Part shown: positions 53,701-64,000 of the stretch, piece by piece | How the letters are laid out: every line of letters begins with the position of its first letter | Numbering within the stretch: the stretch's first letter is position 1 | Source: Phoronis australis | Taxonomy: Eukaryota; Animalia; Phoronida | Length of the DNA stretch: 64,000 nucleotides | Assembly (NCBI GenBank): GCA_002633005.1 | Contig: NMRA01000337.1 | Location: 124,001 to 188,000, forward strand | Direction of reading: 5' to 3' | Program-made: the position numbers and the translations under genes | The notes under the pieces: model-generated | Database searches by the model: none | The model's input: only the letters and a program-made list of their open reading frames with translations | What the model was told of the DNA's origin: nothing

Positions 53701-56162
53701 CAGCGCCTGTATCACTGGATCTTCTCGGCCCGCTGCAAGTACCTCTTCTACAGTCATTGACTTCGGGACTGCAGTCTTCGTTACATGCTGAATGTAAGCT
53801 TCTCCAGACCTGCATTTTGTCGATTCGGCTGTGTGACTGGCCAACTGGGCTTGCGTCGACTAGTATTTCGGTTTTCTTCTGATGGTCGAAATATGCAAGT
53901 ACTGAGGTACTTGTCAGCGCATCCTTCAGGTTACTGAAAGCTGTCTCTTCATCTTTGCCCCATGACCATGTGATGTCCTTCTTGGTGAGATGTCGTAACG
54001 GTTCAACAATGGTGGCATTATGACGAATAAATCTGGAAAGGTACTGCGCCATTCCGAGTAGAGATCGAACTTCTGCAGATGAGGAAGCAGCATTCATGTC
54101 GATGATGGCCTGAGTCTTGGACGGTTGTGGAGATATGCCTTAATTGTACACCAAACGTATGGCCATAGAAGGTGAGTTGGTTCACAGAGAATAGGCACTT
54201 CTCTTTCTTGAGCTTAGCACCACTGTCGTTCAGCCTCTTCAGTGTTGCTTGTAGGCTTGCATCGTGGTCCATCTGGGTTTTGCAGAAGACAATTGTGTCG
54301 TCTGAGAGGTTCTTGGCACCTGGGATGTCCTGAAGTAACTGTGCAATAGTATTCTGAAACAGTTCAGCTGCAGCGCTGACTCCAAACTTTCTTCGTCCAA
54401 CTCTAGTTGATGGTAGGCACTTGACATGTCTAACTTGCTGAAGACTGTATCTTCTTTCAGGTCATGGACAAGGTCATCAATAGTAGGCATGATGTGCTTG
54501 GTTCGCTTAATCGCTTTATTGGCTTCTCTCATGTCGACACACAGTCGTGCGCCTTCTTTCTTGGGTATTACTACAACTAGGCTAATCCATGGGGTGGGGC
54601 CGTTGACTTCCTCAATCACGTCGAGATCGGTCAGTCTGCCAATTTCATGTTCGACATCTTTTCGCACGTGAAATGGAATGCGTCGATGCCTCTGAGTTAT
54701 CGGTTGTATGGTGTCATCGATGTGGAGCTTGATCTTGACATCTTTGAGTTTGCCAATGCCTGGAGAAACAGAGGAGAATACTCTTCACTCTCCGGGATGG
54801 ATGACTGGAAGGCATACTGGATGAGACCAAGTGCTTGGGCGGTTTGTCCACAAAGTAATCTGCAAGTGGGACGGTCTCGTCGAATCAGGTAGAAGGTCGC
54901 CATGCATTTAGAGCCCTTATACGCCACTTCCGTTTTGAAGGAGCCCACTACATCGAGGCATGCATCTTGTGCGTATGCGTAAATCTTCGTCGAGCGGGGT
55001 TGTAGTGTAGGTCTCGTAGGAAAACGCTGAAGCATGGACTCGGGAATAATATTCACTGAAACTCCCGTATCTACAATGAATTCTACTGATGTATCAAGGA
55101 TTGAAATATTGATCCCCGGGACGTTTGACAGTATCAGCAGTGAACTCGTATTCGGAGTCGGAATCGCTGTCGTGCTCACCAGTGTCCGTCTTGTCCACCG
55201 ATTTGGCTGACTTGCTTTGATCTGCATACTTGTGCGAAATGTCCAACTTTTCCACAGTTCAGACAGTCTCTCTCTTTTGCAGGACATATGGTGTTCGCAG
55301 GATGGGGAAAATCTCCACCACAGTTTCGACACACTCGGTTTCGTTTTCGCCAGTTGTTGTTGGGCTTGTGGTTGTTACTGGTGTGGGTCTGCCCTGATGA
55401 CGTTCGCTTCGGGACTCGCGAGTTGAATTGTTTTTTTGGGTCTGTGCTGGTCCACGACGGCGGAGTCCAGTGGAGGTACAACAATGAAGAATCTGTGTTA
55501 AGATCTCACGATCTGTGTCATAAAAGTCACACGTGTTCTCAAGCGAGTGTGAAACGAGTCGATTGTCTCTGATGGTTCCTGCACCGCTTGCCTGAATTTG
55601 TATGTTTCATATGCAGTGTTTTGCTTAGGCCTGATGTAAGTAGTGAAGCTTTGTTTCACAGTATCATAGGTATCTTTTTCACCCTGTTGAGCGTCTGTCA
55701 TGCTATCATAGATATCGAACCCCTCGTCGCCTATGTAATGTAGTAATAGGGCTTTCTTACGTTTAGTGTCAGTAATGTCTAAGGCTAAAAGCATCTTTTC
55801 AAACTTGTTTAGCCATTTCATCCACCCGCGGATTGTTCATTGGCGTGTACCAGAAACGGGGGAAAGGCAGGTAGGGATGTCATATCAAAAGCACGGACTC
55901 AGCGTGTACGGGCGAGTACAGCTCAAATGTACTGCAAATGTCAGTTCGTGACAGTTTATGTAGGAATAACACGTATCCCTGTGGCTTCTCGGTTGTTATT
56001 GGGGTCTTGTCGATCCTCGTCGCCATTGTTGCATCGTTAGTTAGTCTAATTAAACAAGTATTAAATCAGGAACTAACGTGTAATGTGTATGTCAGACGAT
56101 CGACGTACCAGAAGTGACTCCTTACATTTATACTACTCCAATGTACATGTAACAACACTACA
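50795..56162 (-). mobile_element. Mag-like gypsy LTR retrotransposon, structurally complete but coding-dead
   Basis: LTRs 50795-50923 and 56027-56162 (TG...CA); TSD GCAGT on both sides; PBS TGGCGACGAGGAT; PPT aagggaggag; gag with two zinc knuckles, VDTG protease, RT, RH, IN (TDNGPPF..WPEANGETER). Confidence 0.93.
51102..52047 (+). mobile_element. THAP-bearing TTAA-flanked element (Kolobok-like) nested in the gypsy
   Basis: ttaaagtgtacgcaacatg / catggtgtgtactgtttaa imperfect TIRs; MKRCVNGGCSN..VF then frameshift PKD...W..FV...LCSSHFEESFF (THAP). Confidence 0.6.
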
Positions 56163-56965
56163 GCAGTCAAGAGGATTAGTTGGGGGGGTATGCGTGTGTG
56201 TGCGTGTCTGTTGTGTTCTTTGTCTTTTTGTGGTATTGTAATGTTTTTCCCATTGCCAATAAATGTACAAAAAACTCGTATCAGGGGAAAATATCGAAGA
56301 GTGTGTAACCAGCACGAACTTGGTTGCATCTCCAAATTTACATTTCCAAATTTACATTGCGTGCGATACTGGAAGGAAGAGGTCCAGAGACTATCCCAGT
56401 GCCTACCCTCTGACGTCACCACAGAAACAGAAACAGATAGAAATATTTTTGTGTTGTAAATTTAAGTGAAATAAACGTTTTTGTAAGAACTAAGTCAAAA
56501 TAATGAGGAAAATGGAAATCAAATATGAGGAAATTGGAACCGAAATTCCAAGCCCTGGTTACAAAAATTGCATACAGGCGCCATTTTCAGACTGTTAGAA
56601 AGGCTGGCCAACCCCAAGCGACCTGGTTATGCGTATTTTAAAGGTCTAATATGGTGCCAAAATGACTGTTTTTATATCTAAAATACGTGTATTGATGAAA
56701 AACATCAACATACGGTGTCGTAGCATACCCCAGTAGTTATTTACTTTTTTTACAATACAGCAGCCCCATTACGAACCCCTTTTAGCGCCAAAAAAGAACT
56801 TGAGATAACGCTTGCACCAATCGAAGTCTGTGACATCGTTAAAAGGAATTTGGCTTTCACCGTGTCTCCATTGTATTGGAATCGGCGATGAATGGCCGTA
56901 TAATTTAGTGCATAATGCGTGGAAAATCAAGGAAACACATTAATTGTTCATTTCATTTTATGTCA

Positions 56966-57259
56966 ATTAATACAACACGTTTTTATAAGAACTCGGTGTA
57001 TTTTTAAGGGTTTTACATCGAAGTTTGATGATTTATTGGTGTTAAACGATGACTTAAAGCGAGAAGCTGACACCAGTAACCCCTGTTGTGAACTGCTGAA
57101 CAGACTATGTGTGAAACCGATGACGTCATTGGATAATTTCAATACCTCCGTCTGCCGTAAGGTGTTGGGTAACGCAACCGTACGTGTCGTTATGGAGTAG
57201 AACTACTCGATCTAAATTGATACAAATTAGGTTGTTTTTTGGGTGGCATGCTCCTTTAA
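56966..57259 (+). mobile_element. Right-end fragment of the Kolobok-like element
   Basis: matches about 24295-24564 and ends gggtggcatgctcctttaa. Confidence 0.8.
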
Positions 57260-58014
57260 CTCCATTCTGGCGTTCACAGGTTGAAGGGCCAGCTCTCTTT
57301 TGTTCGATAAGTGCTCTAATCTTTAATAAGATCGTATCTAGCTTGACGTACTGGGCTGTGCTGCTAAAACTAAAAGTTAAGTTATATCATATTTAAACAT
57401 AAACCAATAGGATTTCTGAAATCCTCGTCAAATGGTGATCATGTTTAGTTTTTGAATCGCCAAAATCGCCCAACTGCAACCCAAGTTACGATAATCTATT
57501 CTTTCCGAATGTACCAATTCTCTCTGGGTTTGACGGTGTTCACACGTAGTCTGTAATAAGCTTGGTAGATAATTGGCGTTGTCGTAACAGACAGAAGAGG
57601 TGCTTGGCAGTTAACTAAGAAGTTAGATGTTATCACACGCTCAGAACCCCCTTCGTCTGGTAAAGTCACTGTACGAAAAAACGGTCATGCAGAGATCGAT
57701 AACTAGCTTACGTCAAAGAACTGTCACTCAGCTGTTACGCAGTGAGGTTCAGGAGAAAATTCGTGGGCACGGTGATGTCGTATGTACCACTTTACGCTGT
57801 TTGGTTGAGCATAATTCTTAGGCGCTCGAAGGTTCTACGAATTATGAGCGGTGTAATTAATTTGCGTAGCAATTAATTATACTTCCTGTGGTATGTAAGA
57901 AGCAAAAAATAATATTTTTATAAAGAATACTTGCATTTCTGGTGTCAAAAAGTCGTTTTAGCCGCTGGAAGCTGTTTTTAAGTTATTTCAGGTTCCAGTA
58001 TTTTTTACGCTTTG

Positions 58015-58222
58015 CATGCGCGCACCCAAGAGGGGGCTCGGGGGCTCGAACGAGCCCCCCATTTGGCGAAGTGGGCAAAAAGGTCCACCTGCGAGAAACA
58101 AAAAGTCCGAGACTAAATGAGACAAAAGTCCGCTAAACAAGCACAAACGCGTAATTGTTACCAAAAGGTCCACAACGTTAAGAATTCGAGCCCCCCATAT
58201 TGAAGGCTGGGTGCGCGCATGC
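58015..58222. mobile_element. MITE, same family as 17333-17596
   Basis: TIRs gcatgcgcgcaccca / tgggtgcgcgcatgc. Confidence 0.75.
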
Positions 58223-58616
58223 CTTGAACGATGATGTTTTTAATGCAGCCAAATTGAGCATTTGTGGCTTCATTCTCTTGAAACCTGTTACATGGCTGCC
58301 TGTTCCCTTGAAATCTGAAGTTCCTGCTTCTAATGGAAAAGAAATTATAAGAAAAATTCAGGATCTGTTCCGGGTGTATCCATACTGTATTTGAATTTTG
58401 TATTTATAAAATAGCACTATAACGAATGGTGATCAGCACTCGTATCATGTGGATAGGATTTTTAATTCGGTTACTTGTTAATCTCTTTTAGCGGTGTCTC
58501 GTTTGCAAAACGGCTATTCCTGTTGGCTCTTTAAGCGACGTTCATTTAAAGTCCTTGTCTCAAGATGCCCATGTGGTCCCAGTATCCGAAAATGCTTATT
58601 TAATAAAATCTTAGAA

Positions 58617-58955
58617 AACTTACCGAGTAACGTTATGTAGTCTCCCAATGGAAATGCATAGAGCACACACGGAGCTTCGGCATCCATACACTTTTTATTA
58701 TAATCGTCTGACCCTGTTGACCGCAATTCTCCACTAATGTAGGCCTAGTAAGCTTAGGTCTTTTGGAAATTTCTGACCACCAATCGAAGACTTGCACCAG
58801 GGAAAATAGCAATAATAAGGCTTTGCGCGACGACGTATTTTGATAACAATTCCGTCTTTTTACCAACTGTTCACATGCAGACAGCGACGCATGCGCAATT
58901 CAATCACGACTAGTACAGCAGCGACTCCGCGAGAATTCTCCGAATAGCCCCATTT
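58617..58955 (-). mobile_element. THAP-remnant repeat, second family
   Basis: ORF 58633-58866 ends KLRVCSMHFH; similar to 25506-25812. Confidence 0.6.
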
Positions 58956-60459
58956 GAAGGAGCCAATTTATCTACTACTTAACGTCAACACTTTCGTGTA
59001 TACACTGAGCGTTCTCTGGCCGGACACCTTTTTACAAGTTTATAGGCGGTCAATCGCAGCCCAAGACCGCCCCAATTTTACTGGCGCACTAGATCATTTA
59101 AGTGGTTCGTAAGGACTATCACTTTGACGTGGTTAAATGAATCCGGATCACGGTCGAATTTTTTGTTGTTAATTGTAATGTTCTGTTCATATACAAGAGC
59201 AATAATGTAATGTACCCTCGCACTGCGTCGCACTGAAATGGTATGCTTCTAGAAGTGTTTATTAGATAATGGAAAATACGTCAAATCCAACTAAAATGGG
59301 TAGCCTTTGTCACCTCCATAACGTAAAAATATTCGCAAAAATCGTTCGAGGAACTTGAAAGATAGAGGCAAACGTAGAAAAATCGAATTGCCACTAGGAG
59401 GCGCAGCGGTAGTCGGATCCACCCAAGAAGTCGTCATCTGTTGCAAAGTTGATAGAAAACACTTCTCAAATCTTACAAAGACCGTGAAGATGCAAAAATG
59501 CCACCAGGAGATATCACATTTATCCCACCCGTCTGTCAATTATGATAATTCTCTCCTGAGTGATTTGACGCATGCAGAGGCGGATGAACAAAAAGGGGCC
59601 AATAGGTGGCGCCGAGTCCATCTGAAAATGATGCTGTTGTCTCCTTAACAGAAACCAATTTGCCAAATTTCACGAAAAACCGTCAAGGAACTCTGAAGAT
59701 ACCGAAGCAAACCCAAAATTCTAAAATTGCCACTAGGGATCAAAGCGTGTGCGCACATGAAAACCACGTTAAGATTTTAATGGCGTTCCTAAGACCGAAA
59801 CTACGACCAAACGCACGACTTTCAATGAAATAAACCCCAGGAATGAAACAACAATTACAAAAATAAAATTTATAGCACCAACATTTATCATTTCAACTTC
59901 AGCCACAGCAGACAATCTGGAGCTATGACAACTACCATATTTTTGCTCACATGGTGATTAAAAACGGCATTGAGACTGTGGAAAAATGCCTTTTCACTGT
60001 GAGTAGTATTGCATTCGTTTTGTTAATGGCCTGTGAAACATGGGCATGGATAGAAAAACAAGTACATCGGTTGTCAATAAACTTTTAAACGAGGTCCCGT
60101 AAGAGCGTCTGTGTGGTGTCCGTTCGTCCTTCACTCAGATGACAATGACTGGACATAGTTTAAGGAAAACATTATATCAAATGCGGCTGTGTGTCCCCCT
60201 TCCAGAAAACAGCTTTTGATTTGAATCACTTACCATATTAGTCGCACGTTGTTCCTTGATTTTAGGGCTTCGAAAGAACGAAAATTTCGTTATAGCTTGA
60301 GACCAGGTTCAACTATTTGACTTACTAGGACGTATCGTTTTATTCGCCCAACATGACTTTAAGTAATAACAAATTGTCGCTTCTTTGAAAACCCAGAAGT
60401 CGCTTGTCATCTAAGTAAGGAACAAGTTGAGACCAATGAGGGGTAAGGCATAAGAAACT

Positions 60460-60560
60460 TAACATAATTGCACTACATATCACAATCGCAATATTTAACT
60501 GCACTACATATCACAATCGCAACATATAACTGCACTACATATCACAATAGCAATATATAA
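60460..60560. repeat. 31-bp tandem repeat, about 3 units
   Basis: tgcactacatatcacaatcgcaatatttaac. Confidence 0.85.
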
Positions 60561-60746
60561 ATCCTGTTTCCCATAAAACGAAGAAATACGCGCTAAATAA
60601 TTATCATTATAAAAATTGAGTGACGAACATTGGTGCAAAAATACAATTTTGGTGAAACAAGCCCTGATGTTGTCTTAATCTTTTCATGCACGAAAAAACA
60701 AACAATAATAAATAAATTTTCATCTCTGCAGCTCCTACATCTTCCG

Positions 60747-61056
60747 TCAGCAGCTGACGTGATAATTTTTGCCACACTCATTGTGAATATGCAGCAGTGG
60801 TATTCCTTCAAACGTCACACTATTCAGCGATGATATATTTTGACTTTTCGTGCTTTCTGCTGACCAAGAGTTGCCATCGTCACATTCACAATGAGGTGTG
60901 GAGTTCCAATTGTTTTGTTCAATGAGGTCTATATTTTGATTTCCTGACAACGAATTTCCACAACGTTGCTGTAAGCACGAATTCGGTGTGCTTGTTAACG
61001 ATTCCACCTCTGATTCGTCAGGTAGAGTTACACTTGCTATCGATTTCTCTTCAGGG
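60747..61056 (-). CDS. Probable terminal exon of the guanylyl cyclase (C-terminal tail)
   Basis: cttttcttccag|C CCT GAA; phase 2 matches the preceding exon; open frame PEEKSIASVTLPDESEVES...KNYHVSC*; no recognisable homology. Confidence 0.6.
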
Positions 61057-61712
61057 CTGGAAGAAAAGGATACCTTAGTTTTGTAAATTTTATATAGTTA
61101 CATCTACATCTGCCATGAAATTGCATTAGGTAACTTGGTTACAGGCGAGACGTCTCCTGGGGGCCTCAGGCCCGTGTTGAAAGTAGGGCTGCAGCTAAGA
61201 CGGTGATAGGCATGTTATGGCACTGAAACGTGAAGTTGATAATTTCTTCTATTCAGACATAATGATCACCTTCACCTGCCAATTAATGAACTGTCAGTGG
61301 ACAATTAAAATCAAAGATACGACCCTCTTTGCTATAAACGGACCATTAATAAAACGGATCCCTGGATTATGGCACTAATCACCAGCTGTGTATAATTTAC
61401 TGCTGAAACTTCCATAATCAATACAAAATAGAGAAAAGTAAGTGTACGTTCTACCATAAGGTTATTTCTAACTCTCTTCCAAATAGCCGCCGGTAATCTG
61501 GAACATTCAGTCTCAGACCATTTAGCAAAGTTTAAGATTCAAGTAATAGTCCGAACAAGATAAAATTGGAGTCGTTGCGCTTCCTGCTAAATGTTTTTTT
61601 GTAAGATATGAGGCAAATGGTCACCAAAAACAGCATCATTAGATTTTTCCGGATGTGCAATATGCCATTAATCAATTATAATTGTTGCATAGCGAAAGCC
61701 TACTTATATTAC

Positions 61713-61819
61713 CTGTTCCACCGTGAGTCGCCTTTACTGGAGTGAACCAGTTTCAGTCTCGCCATTCTCGTCTCGCAGTCCTCCGATAACAACCAATAAG
61801 TACGGACCTCCCCCTTGCC
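61713..61819 (-). CDS. Guanylyl cyclase exon, end of catalytic domain
   Basis: aatag|GGC AAG GGG...AAC AG|gtaata; GKGEVRTYWLLSEDCETRMARLK. Confidence 0.88.
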
Positions 61820-63143
61820 CTATTGTACAACAGCAAACCATGGCTTCTTTAGTAGTCTCCTTGTTGTATTCATTGCCATTATAAAATATTCATTAAATTC
61901 AATCTTACAGTGAGGTCTTTCCCTGGATTGGAAGAGTTCCTATTTAGGGTAATTTCCATCAGCGGAAATGTTTTAATTCAAGCTGCATATAAAATTCCTT
62001 CTTCTTGATCAGCAATAAAAGATTATCGCAATTAACTTGGAATACAAACGTGCAAATCGCTAAAAGCCTTGATTTTCAGATTTCATTTTTGTAACATATT
62101 GCCATTGGAAGATTGACAACCGATATCTAATTTTTAGCTAAACAAAAAACGAAAGAAACAAAAATAGTTTTACTTCAAATATTTTCTTGAAAGAAGTCCG
62201 CACCGATCCCAGGGTGGTGATAGACGCGTATACCTCTTCCAGACCACTTTGTGCGTCTTGCAAACACATTTCTTTGCTGGCGCACGAACCCGCACGTTAT
62301 TCCATGCCGGCTCAGCCACTTCCCCACTCATGTACAGACTCGTCTATCAAGATGCTAGACATCTTGGGGTTAACTTCTCACGGTTGCTGCTTCGTTTTTT
62401 GTAATTGTCTTTCTCTGCTAATTTCTTCCATTTTATCGAATGTCATTGCAAAAATTATAGACACTGTGTCAATACTCATGGGATCACTGCTATGTATTGT
62501 TGAGCGCATATTAAGTTTCCACTGATTCCATAAAGAGGGTATAAACCAACCTTCCATCTCAAAACCAACTTTAGATTTAGCCCTCTTTCTGCAATTAAAT
62601 TGGTCACAAATTGCTCCTTCAACATTTGAATTTTTAAGTGGAGATAAGTTCAGGTTTTCTAAATAATGTCACTGCTTGAGATCACGCAAGTAAGCTTTTT
62701 ACGGCATGATCGAAACGAATAACCAACTGTCAGTTCTTTGCAAACGCAGAAATGACTTTTCACCTGAGAAAGGAGGAAGCTGAGATCACTTTAATATCGG
62801 TAAGTAGTCTAAATAAAAATTATAAACGGTTTATAGTCACTTAAACGACTATAATCAACATATGAACACTTGACTTGTTTTTGGTACAGGAGGTGGCAAT
62901 ACGAGTCCGTGAGACGAGAATTGCGTGCGCGAGAAAAGAAATTCGTGCGCGGACAGGCCCCAACCACGAGCGTGAAAAGAAGTCTAGGTTTCTTGCGCAG
63001 AATATCCGTCATTACATTCTCATGAAAAGACAAGATTTATATAAATCCAAAGTGAACATACGGCAAACCCCACCGCTGCGCCTCTTGCATGCGGCCCCTA
63101 GGGCATTGCTTATCACATTGACCCCTGACCCTGAGTGGTTTAC

Positions 63144-63235
63144 CTTCATCGTGACCAATCCTCTTTCTTGTAATTCATAACCTCCCAGGCCGTCTAGTAA
63201 TACCTTACATTGCTCAGAACAGTGAATTTTCAGCG
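63144..63235 (-). CDS. Guanylyl cyclase exon
   Basis: ttcag|CG CTG...ATG AAG|gtaaac; (P)LKIHCSEQCKVLLDGLGGYELQERGLVTMK; 92 nt. Confidence 0.92.
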
Positions 63236-63440
63236 CTGAAATAGTAAAAAGCAAAAGAGGTAAAATAAGTTGCGCACGGTCCGCCTCTCAAGTTTAAACG
63301 TGATATGCCACCTAGGTTTAAAATATACTCTATCTGTCATATCGTGATCATAAATGGGTATCTCCGTTGACAATTTCAACCCAATTGCATTTTTTCAAAT
63401 AACTGATTGTAGCGTGAGGTTAACAGGTGAAAAGACTTAC

Positions 63441-63539
63441 GTTCACCATTGGATTCCATCCTGGAGGCAGTGTTGACAGTGTCGCCAAAGAGACAGTATC
63501 GTGGCATTTTCAAACCCACAACTCCGGCAACACAGGGAC
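63441..63539 (-). CDS. Receptor-type guanylyl cyclase, catalytic-domain exon
   Basis: minus strand ttccag|GT CCC...GAA C|gtaagt; [33 protein letters not shown], the guanylyl cyclase signature; 99 nt. Confidence 0.95.
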
Positions 63540-64000
63540 CTGGAAAAGTTGGAATGGTTAAAAACTTTTCTTTTTATAACTATCTTTTACAGTACAATAT
63601 TACAGTGCTAATCTGTCTTAATGCAATGCACACATAATGAATCTCTCTTGTCGGAAACATAAGTTTGTTCTTACTGAAAGCCAGTTTGAGAAACAACAGC
63701 GCAACTTTCTTTTCGACTTCGGATCAAGAGTAGGTCTATTGTCGTTTACTTTTCTTTTTGGGGGGAAACGGTGTGAGAGTGAACTTGACTAAGTCAAAGC
63801 CATCTGACCACCACGAACGTCACTCCCGCGGTAATCAAATTCAATCGCCATTCTTTTCTCTACAAAGTCTTCGCGGAAACCATTTGTTTTCCGTATCCCA
63901 CGAAATGGGCAGCTAAAGGGTAATATGGCCAGTAAAGCATTCATTACCTTCTCTTTGGCCACATTTACGAAATTAGAATACCGTAGTGAATGCCAATACG

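Noticed and set aside
62187-62660. Protein-like reading frames inside the guanylyl cyclase intron
   Set aside because: Interrupted by stops, no recognisable homology, and not needed for the exon chain.

Overview
Eukaryotic, AT-rich, intron- and transposon-rich DNA, probably from an invertebrate animal (species not determined). The + strand carries the 3' half of an ABCC1/MRP1-type ABC exporter from 825 to the stop at 45180: end of NBD1, linker, TMD2 and NBD2. All exon phases join in frame. The standout feature is one TMD2 exon (equivalent to human ABCC1 exon 23, TM13-TM15) present as six tandem, highly divergent, intact copies. Each copy is exactly 311 nt, AG/GT-bounded and phase 1->0, which fits a mutually exclusive exon array that swaps part of the substrate-binding cavity. 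A candidate RNA docking site (11583-11601) has partial complements downstream of each copy. The - strand at 60747-63539 carries the last exons of a receptor-type guanylyl cyclase. Other content: THAP-bearing Kolobok-like TTAA elements, TA-TSD TIR elements, a Gmr1-type gypsy relic (PR-IN-RT-RH order), a Mag-like gypsy with LTRs, PBS and TSD, LINE fragments, a foldback with a minimal hammerhead-like motif, minisatellites and one probable assembly duplication. Everything was read by eye; no alignment or database search was run.
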